From Eledone cirrhosa (Eukaryota): a DNA stretch of 64,000 nucleotides. Below the pieces are notes generated by a model. That model saw only the letters and a list, made by a program, of their open reading frames with translations. It searched no databases and was not told the DNA's origin. The stretch is from the NCBI GenBank assembly GCA_964016885.1, contig OZ024745.1, forward strand, positions 116,374,001 through 116,438,000. The letters run 5' to 3'. Both the position numbers and the translations under genes were made by a program. The first letter of the stretch is position 1, and each line of letters starts with the position of its first letter. Positions 26,830-40,287 of this stretch are shown here, piece by piece.

Positions 26830-29040
26830 CAGGACATAAACATACCAGTCAGCAACATTTTCTGTATCTCTTGCAGCCATTTCTTTCCACTTATCCGGTG
26901 CAGATATTTTTCAGTACTCTTTTTTGTCACTCAAAATGCGCCGATTATCAATAGTATTGTACTGGCCTTCATATGCCACATTTTCTTAATTTCAATTGAT
27001 AGATCTTTATATTCACTGAGCTTTCCGAACTCTTTCGCGGAGATATTACGATCTGGTGAAATGCTCATGTCAATTAAAAACATGTTTTCCCTTAATGGCC
27101 CTTCACAATTATATCAGGTTTGTTGGCATTGATTGTTCTGTCATTATTCACAGGGAAATCCCATAGGATTGTTACGTTCTCTTCTTCTGTTATTGCATCT
27201 GGGTGATGGTTGAACAATTTCCCCTCCGTTTTCAAACCATCAAACCTGCACATTACCCAGTGTAAGTATTGCCCCCATTCTATCATGCCTCGTTTTATAT
27301 TCCTGGGCAGCTAATGCCTTGCAGCCTGAAACCAGGTGGTCTATGGTCTCAAAATGTTCATGACAGAATCGACAATTTGTATCAGTTCCATTTCTCATCG
27401 CATTGGCTTGAAAGTTCTGCGTTTGGAGACACTGATCTAGTGAAGCGTAAATGAAGCCCTCACTCTCTACCTTTATGGGAGAGAGCTTGGTCTACATCAG
27501 GTTCTTTCCTACGGAGAACATAATGCCCATGCAGTGGTTTTCGCTCCCAATTAGTGCAGTCTCTATTGGCCTTCATACCTTACCAACACTTTGATAATCT
27601 TTGTGGATTTCATTGCAGAATCGCCATTATTATTTTCAAGAGGGCGGTGGATGGCAGTATCGGTAGAGGGTCGGACGCCATGCTTTGCAGCAAAGAGTTA
27701 CGGCCCTTGCCATTCTGAGTTCAAATCCCGCCGAGGTTTACTTTACCTCTCATCCTTACGGGGTCGATAAAATAAAGTACCAGTAATACACTGGGATAAT
27801 CACTGGCCTTGTGCCAAAAGTAGAAACAATTATTTTCAAACTGTATTCCCAGTTCTTCCGGAAACTTCCTAATTTCCTTTGCGACTGAATGTAACCTCTT
27901 CCTTCTTTCGTGAACTGCGACCATTTTCATAATCCAGTCATCTATGAGTTTAAGGTACTGAATAAGTCCAATGGTCGATATCCTTTATGAAAGCTCCTTC
28001 TGGATCATTCCTCTAACTCTATTTTTCTAGGGAGATAGAGACAATCAACATAGGCTTTTGAGTGATATATTACATTACATGTCAAAACTTTCCATTCTCT
28101 TAATTTCGCTAACGTTCCAATTGATAATATTGAAACTGTAGGTGACAACAGGGACTGCAAGCGCATTTATGACAGATAATTAATCATGTAAACTCCGTTT
28201 ACATGACAGCACGTACTCTCCGGTAGAAACCCTTCCTGAATGCTACCTTCCGGTAGCATTCTCTTTTATGCTGTCATGGCCATCATTGATCCTTAGATAT
28301 CTGTAGGCTTGTTCTTATTCTAGTTCCCTAATTACTGTACTCACATCTATTTCCATTGAGCTTGTGTTTCTCACTCTGCATTTCTTGAATGCTGCTTTGG
28401 CGTATTTTTCCAGTCCAAACCCCATATCATCTCTGAACAATTTGACTATCCTCAGCAGTCCTTCCAGTTCATTTTTGTCATACAGCTTCAAGTCATCCAT
28501 ATAAAACAGCTGATATATTGTTTTGCTCTCTATTTTGTAGTCATATTTTGTTTTGTCGAGTGTTAAAGATAGCGGTGTGAGTGCAATGCAAAATATCTGA
28601 GGAGAATAGAATCTCCCAGAAAAATACCACAGTTGATACTTAGGATGCTGGAGTTTAATTTATAATTCCATCACTGTGTGACAATGATAGGTTCATTTTC
28701 TAGATATACATGTTGTATTTCAGGATGTTGATATTACTGAGGAAATGTTCAGATCATTCAAAGTTTTCAAAATCCATGTGTAGGGAACACTGTCAAATGC
28801 TTTCTTATAGTCAATCCAAGCAGTACTCAGATTTCTATACATTTTATGACAGTTTTCCAGAATGAAAATTTGGTCTTTCCATCCGTAAGACCGACAGCGA
28901 CAACCTTTCTGCTAAATAGGGAATATATGATTTTCACCCATAAATTTGTAGGTTGTCTCAGTCAAGATTTATGTGAGAATTTTGTATGTTGTGGAAAGCA
29001 AATGATAGGGCGATAATTGTTTGGAATATTTGTTTCTGTA
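26830..29040 (-). mobile_element. R4/Dong-like LINE (RT plus restriction-like endonuclease), degraded
   Basis: NYRPIIC, WIDYKKAFDSVP, LFYMDDLKLY, ILWDFPVNNDRTINANKPDII. Confidence 0.9.
27640..27828 (+). mobile_element. SINE family A nested in the R4-like LINE
   Basis: TSD attattttcaa. Confidence 0.9.
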
Positions 29041-29063
29041 TTATTATTATTATCATCATTATT

Positions 29064-29273
29064 TGGATTGGCAGTATCGGTAGAGCGTCAGACACCAAGC
29101 TTTGCAACATAGAGTTATAACCCTTTACGTTATGAGTTCAAATTCCACCGAGATTAGCCTTCCCTTTCATACTTATAAGGTCGATAAAATAAAGTACCAG
29201 TAATGTACTGGGGTCGATTTCATCGACTCCCTTCTCCTTCAAATTGCTGGTCTTGTGTCTGAAGTAGAAAACA
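29064..29273 (+). mobile_element. SINE family A, longer variant
   Basis: Carries an extra gtcgatttcatcgac segment before the 3' end. Confidence 0.85.
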
Positions 29274-30271
29274 TTCTCATATTTATTATATCAAACATAA
29301 ACAATTCAAAATTGCAATATTTTTCTATTATTCATGATTCAAGCATTCTGTTGTTTGCTAAGATTAAACATAATTGACATTAATTATGAGTTTACTTATT
29401 TCATTGAAATTTATAATCCCTATTTTTAACGAGCTTCTCAGTTCATTAATGTTCATGAATATTAAACAATGTTGAATCCAGAATGTTCGGATCTTATGCT
29501 TCTTTTAATTTTATATATGAAAGCGCGCATCTCGAATGCATATTATAAATATATAAATATCTATTGTCAAAACAAGAAAGAGTTACGACATTATAATTAA
29601 ATTATTTCATATTTGCATCAGTACTCTATATTCGATATTACATGCAATCCGCCTTCTTACATTTATTAGAAATGTTCATACTCATTCAGAAGTTCCATTA
29701 CATCAACGTCACATCCATCTCCCTGTCTGAAGGAGAATGCCAATTCTTTGTTCATTTCACTTTATAGTGTAATATTATATATACAAATTTGAATAAATCC
29801 ACATTAAAATTCTTAAGTGATCGAGCATGTTACGATTATATTTCATTGAGAGATTAGGTTTTTATCGAAACATTCACAATTAAATATGTGTACGCTATAT
29901 GTGAACACACGTATCCAACAGCATCAGAAGGCAATAATACCATCTCAGTTATATTTAACTGAAGGATAAGGAATTATGTGATATCATGATGAGTGTAGTA
30001 TAACTCCAATGTTTCCTAAATCATTGTTGCAGAAAATAAACTTGATCAACGTTACTACTTGCAGTCTGTGAAGATATATAAAATGTTAATGTCTTTAAGT
30101 GTTACATTAAAATCTAAAGTAGGATTGGTGCTCAGAAATAACGATGTATACACGAATGTATGTATAGTATATTTGGTAATATACCGTATGTTTAATTACA
30201 AACATTTTGAAGACCTTGCGACTATTTAAAGTAGTGACTATGTCACTTACTTCTTTTTTCAGCAAAGGAAG

Positions 30272-30330
30272 AGAGAGAAACTGACAGATTCTGTTTCACA
30301 CTGTTGGTGTTCCTCAGAGCAACGTACTCG
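30272..30330 (-). ncRNA. Type I hammerhead ribozyme, intact core
   Basis: gct-CTGAGGA-acac caaca gtgt-GAAA-cagaatct-GTC-agt. Confidence 0.85.
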
Positions 30331-30589
30331 CCGACCTCTGTTGAAAATTATAGAGGCTGAATTATTATAGAATTCCGGTAATAATCAGGAACTGATTATA
30401 GAGAGCGATTGCCGGTCCAGCAAAAAATAAAAATTAGGGTTGATGCTCAGAAATAGCGATGTATACATGAATGTATGTATAGTATATTTGGTAATATAAC
30501 CTATGTTTAATTAAAAACATTTTGAAGACCTAGCGCTGTAATTATAAAGTAGTTACTATGTCACTTACTTCTTTTTTCAACAAAGGAAG

Positions 30590-30648
30590 AGAGAGAATCT
30601 GAAAGATTGTGTTTGCCACTGTTGGTGTTTCTCAGAGCGACGTACTCG
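30590..30648 (-). ncRNA. Decayed hammerhead copy
   Basis: CTGAGAA...CAAA...TTC; several core substitutions. Confidence 0.5.
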
Positions 30649-30939
30649 CCGACCTTTTTCCCGAAATTATAGAGGCTGGATTCTTATAGAATTCCAGTAA
30701 TAATCAGGAACTGATTATACAGAGCGATTGCCGGTGCCGCCAACATTAAAAGTTAGGATTGGCGCTCTGAAATAGCGATGTATACATGAATGTATGTATG
30801 TTTGGTAATATACCGCTATTTCGGAGCAACAATCCTAATTTTTAATTATTTTGGACCGGCAATCGCTCTGTATAATCAGTTCCTGATTATTACTGGGATT
30901 CTATAAGAATCCAGCCTCTATAATTTTCAACAGAGGTCG

Positions 30940-31000
30940 GGGAGTACGTTGCTCTGAGCAATACCAACAGTGTGAAAAAGAATCTGTCAGCTTATCTCCC
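30940..31000 (+). ncRNA. Type I hammerhead (G8C)
   Basis: gggag..gct-CTGAGCA-atac caaca gtgt-GAAA-aagaatct-GTC-agc..ctccc. Confidence 0.65.
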
Positions 31001-31245
31001 TTCGTTTGCTGAAATGAGAAGTAAGTGGCATAGTCACTACCTTAAAGTGATAGCGCAAGGTCTTCAACGTTTCTTTAATTAAACATACGATATATTATCA
31101 AATATACTATATATAGATCGCTATTTCAGAGCACCAATCCTAATTCTTAATTTTTGCTGGACCGGCAATCGCTCTGTATAATCAGTTCCTGATTATTACT
31201 GGAATTCTATAAGAATCCAGCCTCTATAATTTTCAGCAGAGGTCG

Positions 31246-31304
31246 GGGAGTACGTTGCTCTGAGGAAGACCAACAGTAGGAAAAAGAATCTGTCAGCTTC
31301 TCTC
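31246..31304 (+). ncRNA. Type I hammerhead, core intact, stem II weakened
   Basis: gct-CTGAGGA-agac caaca gtag-GAAA-aagaatct-GTC-agc. Confidence 0.65.
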
Positions 31305-31552
31305 ACTTACTTTACAGAAATGAGAAGTAAGTGACATAGTCACTACTTTAAAATGATATCGCAAGGTCTTCAAAATGTGTTTAATTAAACATACGATATA
31401 TTACCAAATATACTATACATACATCGCTATTTCAGAGCACCAATCCTAAATTTTAATTATTGCGGCACCGGCAATCGCTCTGTATAATCAGTTTCTTATT
31501 ATTACTGGAATTCTATAAGAATCCAGCCTCTATAATTTCGGGAAAAAGGTCG

Positions 31553-31610
31553 GCGTGTACGTTCGTCTGAGGAAGACCAACATTGTGAAACAGAATATGT
31601 CAGCTTCTTC
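31553..31610 (+). ncRNA. Type I hammerhead, core intact, stems eroded
   Basis: CTGAGGA-agac caaca ttgt-GAAA-cagaatat-GTC-agc. Confidence 0.6.
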
Positions 31611-32649
31611 TGTCCCTTCCTTTGCTGAAATGAGAAGTAAGAGACATAGCCACTACTCTAAAAGGATAGCGCTAGGTCTTCAATATATTTTTAATTAAAC
31701 ATACGGTATATTACCAAATATACTATACATATATTCATCGCTATTTCAGAGCACCAATCCTAATTTATATATATATATGAGCTATGTTAAACAAACCAAT
31801 AATTGAAAGTGATATATATCCACGTTACTGTGGCTTGTGACTATATAACCCAATATTTTCTCTGATCTATTGTAATTATTTCAGTGGTATATCGATTCTT
31901 ATTTTATTTTGTTTTCTCATTCCATTCAGGTTTGATGTTTATAATGTTGTTTACCATTTATTTGTTTAGAAACATTATATCCATACTTGAATGTTTGCAG
32001 CCGGTTTGAGACAATTTTATGCAGAGGAACATGTATTTAAAAATCAATGTTTGTTTACATTGACGAGTAGAATTCAAATTTTTATGCGAAAGTTTAATGC
32101 TTCATAGAATTTTCTAACTATAAAAATAGTCTAAATAATAGGACATATAAGCCACCATAACGGAGGACATTAGCCCCTGATTAAATGTGCTATTATTTAG
32201 ACTACTTTTCGAACGTCGAAACGTTCAAGGGATTTTCTAATTGTCTCATAAATCTTTCAATTTTTTCCCATGCACTAGTTTTAATTATTTTATTTTTTTA
32301 CAAGGTGAATAATTCCATTTTGAAGCAATACATTAAATATATATTTGCGGCGGTGTTACATTCAAGAGAGATATTATTCTATTAACAAATCATATTAGCA
32401 AATCACTTCGGTGCTACTGGACAGAATCTTCTCTGCTAGGGATAATACGGTACCAAATTAATATGGAAATAATTTTTTTCAATACATGTATCACTGACAT
32501 TGAGATTATAATCACGGGAATAGAGTGTTATAAGCCCGCGAATAGAATGTTATACGTCAGCGAATAGCATGGTGAGCGCTCCTATTCATGATTTCACTAA
32601 TATGTACATAAACAAAATGTTGTTTTTTTTAAAGTATATTTATGTGCAT

Positions 32650-33050
32650 TCTCGAAGATTTTAACAATTTGGCGCTTCCTAGAAGGATTAGGAGCAAGAA
32701 ATATCAAAGCAGTTCTCCTCTTTGTCGATTTCCCGAAGACTTTCGACTCAATACACAAAGGTGAAATGGAGGAAATACTTTTGGCATATGGTATACCGAC
32801 TGAAACTATGGGTGCAAAACTGGTGCTGTACAAAGATACCCAAACCATATTATGACCTCCAGATTACAAAAGAGAGTTTTCGACATCGGCGTTAGCGTGT
32901 TACAGGGTGACACAATGGCTCCATGCAGTCTGTCTGAGTGAGAAAGAAAGGTGTCGTTCTGATACTAACGAGAGGTAGATGCAATCTGGATGAGATTATT
33001 ACCGATACTGAATATGCAGATGATCTTGCAATGATATTGGATACAGCACA
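32650..33050 (+). mobile_element. RTE-clade LINE RT fragment
   Basis: LFVDFPKTFDSIH...LLAYGIP...VLQGDTMAP...EYADDLA. Confidence 0.85.
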
Positions 33051-33708
33051 GCTAGGACTAAATACATCAATATAGTTGATTGAAACTAGTATGTCACTAG
33101 TACATACATGGATATGCTAAAAACAAAGAAATATTGTAAAATATGATAATGTAAAAGATCTTTCAGAAGGTGTAGAGAGGCAGTTGGCACAGTTGATCGA
33201 CTTCAAAGACACAAACATTCAAACAAAAATAGGCATACACACGCTTTCTCTCTCTCTCACACACTCACACACGCACATACACACACATACACACACATAC
33301 ACACATGCATACATGCACACATGCATACATGCACATGTCACATACACATCTCAGACAAGTAAGATGGTAAAAATAAGCATTGAGCACATCACAGAATGTG
33401 TAATGAAAGTGCTTTGACAATTTCAATACCATCCGGTTACTAAAGTAATCGAGAAATAGATTAGTTACTTGACAAATAATAGTTTGTTTTTCATTTTATT
33501 TAGACACGAGACCAGAAATTTTGAGAGGATATGGCCATGTCGCATTTAATCACCCTCCAGTATTTGACTGGTGCTTTATTCCAATCCCATTCGCCGTAAA
33601 TAATGAAAGACAAAGTTAATATATTTGTATCTGAACAAACAAACACTTACGTGGTCTATTTTTGGTTAAGTCTTATAAATAGTTGAAAGGAACTTACAAT
33701 AGATATGA

Positions 33709-33830
33709 TTTTGTTCATTCGCAATGCTACTCAGGAAACTCAACCCCTCTATTTTGTTCATTCACCACTGAGGAAACTTAAACCCTCTATTTTGTTCATT
33801 CACCGCTGAGGAAACTCGAACCTTCTTTTA
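33709..33830. repeat. ~39-bp tandem repeat x3
   Basis: ttttgttcattcaccactgaggaaactcaacccctcta variants. Confidence 0.8.
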
Positions 33831-34500
33831 TTCACGTAGTTGATCCACACCTTTTCAACAAAACTATCTCATAGTTTAAGAAAAGCATTTTAAGTATACT
33901 GTGCTGAAAACACTGTTTATTGGTAAAAAAAAATGTCATATTATAGCTGTCTTTATTGATAAAACTAATTCTGAAAAACTTAAGTTTCCATGTTTATTGG
34001 TGGAACGTATTAGATTTATTCATAAACTCTTTATATTTTAATCAATCATGTGTCAATGATTCTCATATCTAAGAACGTATATTAAAATAAGATTAATCAT
34101 ATACGACGTATATATACACGTGTGGGTTCAACAGGTGGTGTATATATGATACAGATTCATATATCTATTTGTCTATTATTTAGGCAACATATATATATTA
34201 CATTACTTTACTTGCATCTTGAAGGCTCTCTGTCGCCTCACGCCTTACAAACACACATATGCGTATACCTATACACACACATACACACACAAACACATAT
34301 ATATATGTATACAAGTGTGAGTGTGTGTGTGTGTGTGCTCGTGTGTTTTGTTCAAAATATCAAAATTATTATACCAATAACACAATTTCAATATCTATGT
34401 GAGTTCCCTAAGTCAGGAAATTTACCGCCATTTTTGCAACGAGGGTTCTATAAGTCGATATTTTATATGCCGATACTTTGCAATATATATATATATAAGG

Positions 34501-34574
<74 letters not shown>

Positions 34575-34650
34575 AGAGAACGAGGAAGAGAAAGAGCGTA
34601 GAAACAGAGAAGGCGATATTACATATAATTTCTTTGGGTTATTTGTTGGT

Positions 34651-34831
34651 GAATTGGCAGTATCGGTAGAGGGTCGGATGCCATGCTTTGACGCATAGAG
34701 TTACGGCCCTTGCCATTCTGAGTTCAAATCCCGCCGAGGTTAACTTTGCCTTTCATCCTTACGGGGTCGATAAAATAAAGTACCAGTAATGAACTGGGTA
34801 TTTGCTGGCCTTGTGCCAAAAAGTAGAAACA
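34651..34831 (+). mobile_element. SINE family A
   Basis: TSD gttatttgttggt. Confidence 0.9.
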
Positions 34832-36117
34832 GTTATTTGTTGGTATCCCGCTGAGATCATGAATCAGGTGTTGTTATTATCGTACACTGTGACTGAACAC
34901 ATGTTTCAGAATCAAAGAGTGTATATTATGACACTTCGATAAATTTGTGAAGTAACTGTCGTATAAGCGAGGAATGAGCCAATGCGGATGTGACATAATT
35001 CTACTCTATAATTAGTGAGTTATGACTCTTGCAGATTAGAATAGTTGAAGTCTAGGATTTAGAAGAGCATATATCAAGCTTAAAAGTCGCAAGATAAAGT
35101 AATAATCACTGGATGATAACAACTGGTTCGGAAGATATTTCTTTCAGCATGCAGACAAGAAATTCTTAATATGGGGATTAATTTTACTTTTAGAAACAAG
35201 CTATTCATTTGGAGGTTTTCTGTCAGTAATCAACCAGTGTCTTTTCAATAGTTCAATGTCTTCATTTCGTAGATTCGTTAATCTCAGCTTTGGATGTTCC
35301 CAGCACGTTCCATTTGATATTATTATTATGTTTATTACTGTCTCTTGCTGCCTGCATGGAGCTTGCTAGATCTGTTGGGCGGTTTCGTATTAGAGATGTT
35401 GAATGGTGATACGTATTAACTATATCGAAGGAGACATCACCTTAGTAAACGACTGGTTTCGTATTGCATTCCCTGGCCTATCGGGTATTCACCCTTAATT
35501 CTACATGCTCATCATGGGTTTACTTTTTATTTGTGTTTAAATGTTACAAATGATTTCCTATTAGTAGCACAAGAGTAGCTGACGTTTCTTGTGTCTTTCT
35601 ATTTCTTCTTCTCTCTCACCTCTTCTCTTTCTCTCATTCTATATTCCGATGAATAACGAACTAATACAGATCACCACTGTAATGTATTGCTCTACTGTCT
35701 TGGTTGTCTTTGTTGACGCAACAAATTTACAAACATTCACCACACATAGACTGATTATTATCAATTCCTGATATGATACGAATATAAATGATTTTGGTTT
35801 CTTTCATAATTGATCGTGTCCATCATTTTAACTATATTTCTACAGTCAACAAAAATTTACAGCTATATCTACAGTTATCACTTGATAGCTAGGGATGCCC
35901 TCAGTGACTTTGAGCATAATTCAGGCCTCGTGTTCTGTGATATCGTTTTCGCCTGACCTCTGATGTATATGATAAAATTTCCTTGCCACTAACTATAATT
36001 TTCCAATTATATTCCCCATACAGGTGGATCATCCAAGAATTGGATTTAATAATAAATGTCACTGGTTTCCATAAACTTGGGAAATTCAATGACATTTTAT
36101 TGTATATTATTATTATC

Positions 36118-36255
36118 ATAGAGTTACATTCCTTTATGATCTGAGTTCAAATCCCGCCGAGGTTAACTTTGCCTTTCATCCTTACGGGCTCGATAAAATA
36201 AAGTACCAGTAATGCACTGGATAATTGCTGGCCTTGTGCCCAAAGTAGAAACAAT
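36118..36255 (+). mobile_element. 5'-truncated SINE family A
   Basis: TSD attattattatca. Confidence 0.85.
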
Positions 36256-37459
36256 TATTATTATTATCAGATATTACACTGTGTTACCTCGCTGAACCAA
36301 ATAGTTTTGATTAAATATTACTAAATATTTAACCTACAAATGTTAAGCCAGCCTACAAATTACCAGGCGACAAATATGTTGACCCTGGTTAGTTTCTGAC
36401 CATCTACAAAAGGGAATTAACATTCTCATTGAGGTAGTTCTCACATAACTAAGAATATGTTGCGACTTAACACTTCTTGAAACAATCATTCAGCCATTTG
36501 GCATTCTCTCAATCTAAAACACCTTTCAATTAATGTTACATAAACGCTGTGTTATTATGTGTTTCCCATGCAGCACTGTAGTACCAACATCTATTATTTT
36601 CCGGGTTTTTTTAATGAAATGAATCTACTGAATTCAAAACTGAGTATCAACTTCATTGATCGCATTAATGTGTGAAAATCTAGAAATGTCTCAGGCGCTG
36701 TCCCCCGCCTTTTATTAATTCATGTTGTGCAATGTTTTATAGTAAGCTCTTTGTTACTGTCAACAATTACTTATCGCATGGCAATGCATCATAAATCAAT
36801 TTGATTTACAAAGTTTCAGGACAAATGTATTATCAAAACAGACAAAATTTAAACCTTTAAAAATACACGACTGCAAAGAATTAACAACAATTAATTTCCA
36901 ATAATTTCTTTCTTTCATATTCACTTTCCAGAAATGTAAATAATATTATTTTACTAACTCCAGCACACGACTAATATTAAATTATTCCCAATATCCTTCG
37001 TGAAAGGTATATTTATTAGATATACTAATACATATAGGCTATCAGTATATATACATCAATGAAGATTGAATCGATGTTTCTATATTTGGAGCAAGAATTT
37101 TATTTCTTGTTTTTTGGGGGGGTTTTCTTTTTTCAATTCTACATTTCGGTACTTGGGAATATACAATTGAGGCATAAACTTTCATTTTTTTATCTTTTAA
37201 ATATCATGAGACATCGCCATCTTTATTCTGTTACGCTAGTGTTATTTAAACATGTTTTATTCATTTCACGGAGTTCCAAGGAAATAATCATATTGATGGT
37301 TTCCGGAACTTTTTAACTTAATAACTAGACTGCATCATCACAATCTAGTATTTTTGCCGTCTGATTTGATTGAATCATAGAAGACCACAGATGTACATTT
37401 GCTTTCGGAGTATTCGAGAAATAATATATTATTGTTATTTTCATTGTCGTTGTTGTTGT

Positions 37460-38340
37460 TATTATTATTCTTTTTTATTTTTTCATTTATCTTGCTTTAT
37501 GTTCATACGAGTTATCACCAAGTCACAACCACTGACCTAAAGAGACAACAAGATCTGCCATGTTCAAGAAAGAACATACATACACACATGCGCATCTTTA
37601 GGTGTTTAGACTTGTGATGTACTTATATTGACAGACTCTTCCTTAGTATATGGGCAGTTCCTATTAGTACTATCTTTTGTATTTCATCTATACGTGGGTT
37701 TTCTGGTATGTGGGATAAGTAATCATTAGACCCCTTAGGTATCATTCATAGATCGCCTACAACCACTGGTATTGTTTTAGTTCTCAACTTCCAGATGCTT
37801 TCCATCTTTATCTCCAAGTCTTTATATTTGCTCAATTTTTCAAATGTTTTCATAGATACATTCTTGTCTATTGGAACGGACATATCAATTAGCAGGCATA
37901 CCCTCTTTTTAAAGTCCTTCAGTATTATATCAGATATATTTACATCTATTTGTTTGGTCTGTTTAGATGCTAAAATTCTACAAAATTGAGATTTGACCTT
38001 TTTCAAGTACGGAAGGTGGTTGATGCTCCCACCAATTCTTTTGATGATGTAGGTCAATGCTTACACATTATCCAATGTGCAGCTATGTCATGCCTGTTTA
38101 GATATTCGGTTGGAGCTATAGGAATGCACATTGAAATTATATGATCATTGGTCTCTGGTTGATTTTTACTTGTACGGCATAATGGGTGGCATTAATTTTT
38201 TATGATGTTGGCTTCATAGTGTTTGGTTAGCAGACACTGATTTGTGCTTATATAATCAGTCCTACAGTCTCCGATATCAGCCCAGAGGATGCCAACCACG
38301 AATAGGTTAAAGTTCTTTCAACATCAGGATTGTTAGCTCT
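37460..38340 (-). mobile_element. R4/Dong-like LINE 3' end with (AAT)n tail
   Basis: IDMSVPIDKNV...EKLSKYKDLEI...IPVVVG, preceded by CxxC/HDIAAHW-like remnants. Confidence 0.85.
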
Positions 38341-39504
38341 GGTCTTTTGTCCTCTCCTTCAGTACAACTTTGAGCATTGGCTCCCTACTGTGAGCCACAT
38401 ATTTGTGCGGGTTGTTTTTCTCCATCTGAACACAGTGCTCTATGCTGATAAGACCTCTTCCACCATTGAAACTAGACTTGCGACCCTTGTCAACATAAGT
38501 GACAGCAGAGTATAACCAGTTATGACTCTTGCTTAGAAGTAATGTAAGGAACAGAGTATGACACTTACATAAATTTAAGCGGACAAAGTGAAAGATGTTA
38601 CAACACCAGAACCAATACTAATCTACCATTATCAAACATTTGAAAACAATTTAAAACTCCAAACTTCGAAAACCATTACAAAATATAGAAAATTTAGCCA
38701 AATCTTAAACGCGTCAGTACATAAATATTATCAGCAAAACCATATATTTATAAAAAATATATATATATATAATTTCATTTGCATGAATTACTTTTTTTTT
38801 GTTGTATACGGTAAATGTGCAAATATATCTATACGTATATATATATACATATATATTATTTTATATTATATTAAGTATGAATCAAAGTTGTAGCTGCCAT
38901 AAAGAAGGTACTAATCGAGCTTTGTAAGGCAAACACAAAGCACTCAATAGAACGGTATGTTGATACATTACCGTCCAAATTAAACAGTTAAAAAGTGTGA
39001 CACCAAGAAAAACGACCAAAGGCAGTGGTCATACATATATCACAACAACGATAAATACAGAAAGGTTGAATGTTAACCTGGACTGTCTCTTATTGATTAA
39101 ACGATTACATTCTCAGATAGGTTTCCGGGAAATCCTGGAAGTTACATAATAAGCTGCATAATGCCCATGCAATACATGTGTACTCTTCCACGATGGAACT
39201 GGAAATCCCTTCATCGGCAGGCGTTGTTTATTGTATCCAAACTTCGTTCTAATGACAGAGGCATTTAGCCATAGTGATAATCCTACGCGTGTTGTCATAT
39301 AACCTATTTCATATATAGACATAAAATAATTTCGCATATGATCGAGACGAAGAGAGAGTATATTTCATTACATATAAAAATAAGAAGACGCATCACTAGA
39401 ACAGACTTTAAAACAGCTATACATATATATATAAATAACAGAATACCGATCTGGAAACATTCTTTAAACTTTTAATTTGTATTTTAAATGAATGTTTTTC
39501 AGTG

Positions 39505-39630
39505 AATATTTAACTCCGTTTCTGTACCAGCCACGGGATGCCAAATATATATTCGATGGCTTGCATAACGTAGAATGCTTCAAATTATTGCATCATCGTT
39601 TACTAGCTGGAATGACCAGTTATATCTATT
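39505..39630 (+). repeat. Unclassified dispersed repeat
   Basis: aatatttaactccgtt...gaatgaccagttatatcta, homologous to 57122-57247. Confidence 0.6.
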
Positions 39631-40287
39631 GACAACAAAACATAAATGGCATTTGAAAGCATATACATTATAATATGTTCAAAGAAATGTGCATACGGAT
39701 AAGCACCTCAATATAATCAGTATATTGGAATCTACTATTACTGTTGAGGAAAAGAGAATATTCTTTTGCCTAGTGATTACATCATGATTAAATATATTCC
39801 TATATGTCACATGTATTATCTATGTTTAATACAAATGCATTTCTGTATATATGTCTGAAAATTATTGATTTTGAAGTACTTCGTTATCTTGTTTACCTCT
39901 GTAATGTTCTTTTTTATATTTTCAATATATAGAAATTAGATTATGCAGCTGCTATAAAACATATGTGATAAACGTACAGACGCCTACACATATCCATCTA
40001 AATATATATTTATTTTTTTTAATGTAGCTATCTCTTTATCTAACTATCTATCGGTGTTTATATATATCTGTGTGTTATTGAAGGATGTGAGAATAAGTAC
40101 TCAATACCGAAACAGAGTTTAAATATTCATATAATATGAGTGAGACTTGTTACTCTAGGGTTTCACATATGCCATCAGAGGATCATCAAGAAAGACACAC
40201 ACACACACAAACCGACAGACAGACGGACAAACAGACACACACACAAACACACACACACACACACACACACATCTATATATATATATT

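Larger units (their letters stand above)
30120..31765. repeat. Retrozyme-like array of ~306-319 bp HHR-containing units with a central inversion
   Basis: 2.2 units in one orientation (30120-30813) and 3 units in the opposite orientation (30813-31765); each full unit carries an HHR motif. Confidence 0.9.

Noticed and set aside
33709-33830. Repeats containing CTGAGGA, superficially CRISPR- or HHR-like
   Set aside because: Plain tandem repeat with no unique spacers and no HHR fold.
39113-39337. Possible minus-strand exon
   Set aside because: Weak splice sites and no recognisable protein.
40150-40190. Minus-strand TTGATGA...GAAA-ccc-TA-gag
   Set aside because: No stem II or stem I can be formed; possibly a relic.
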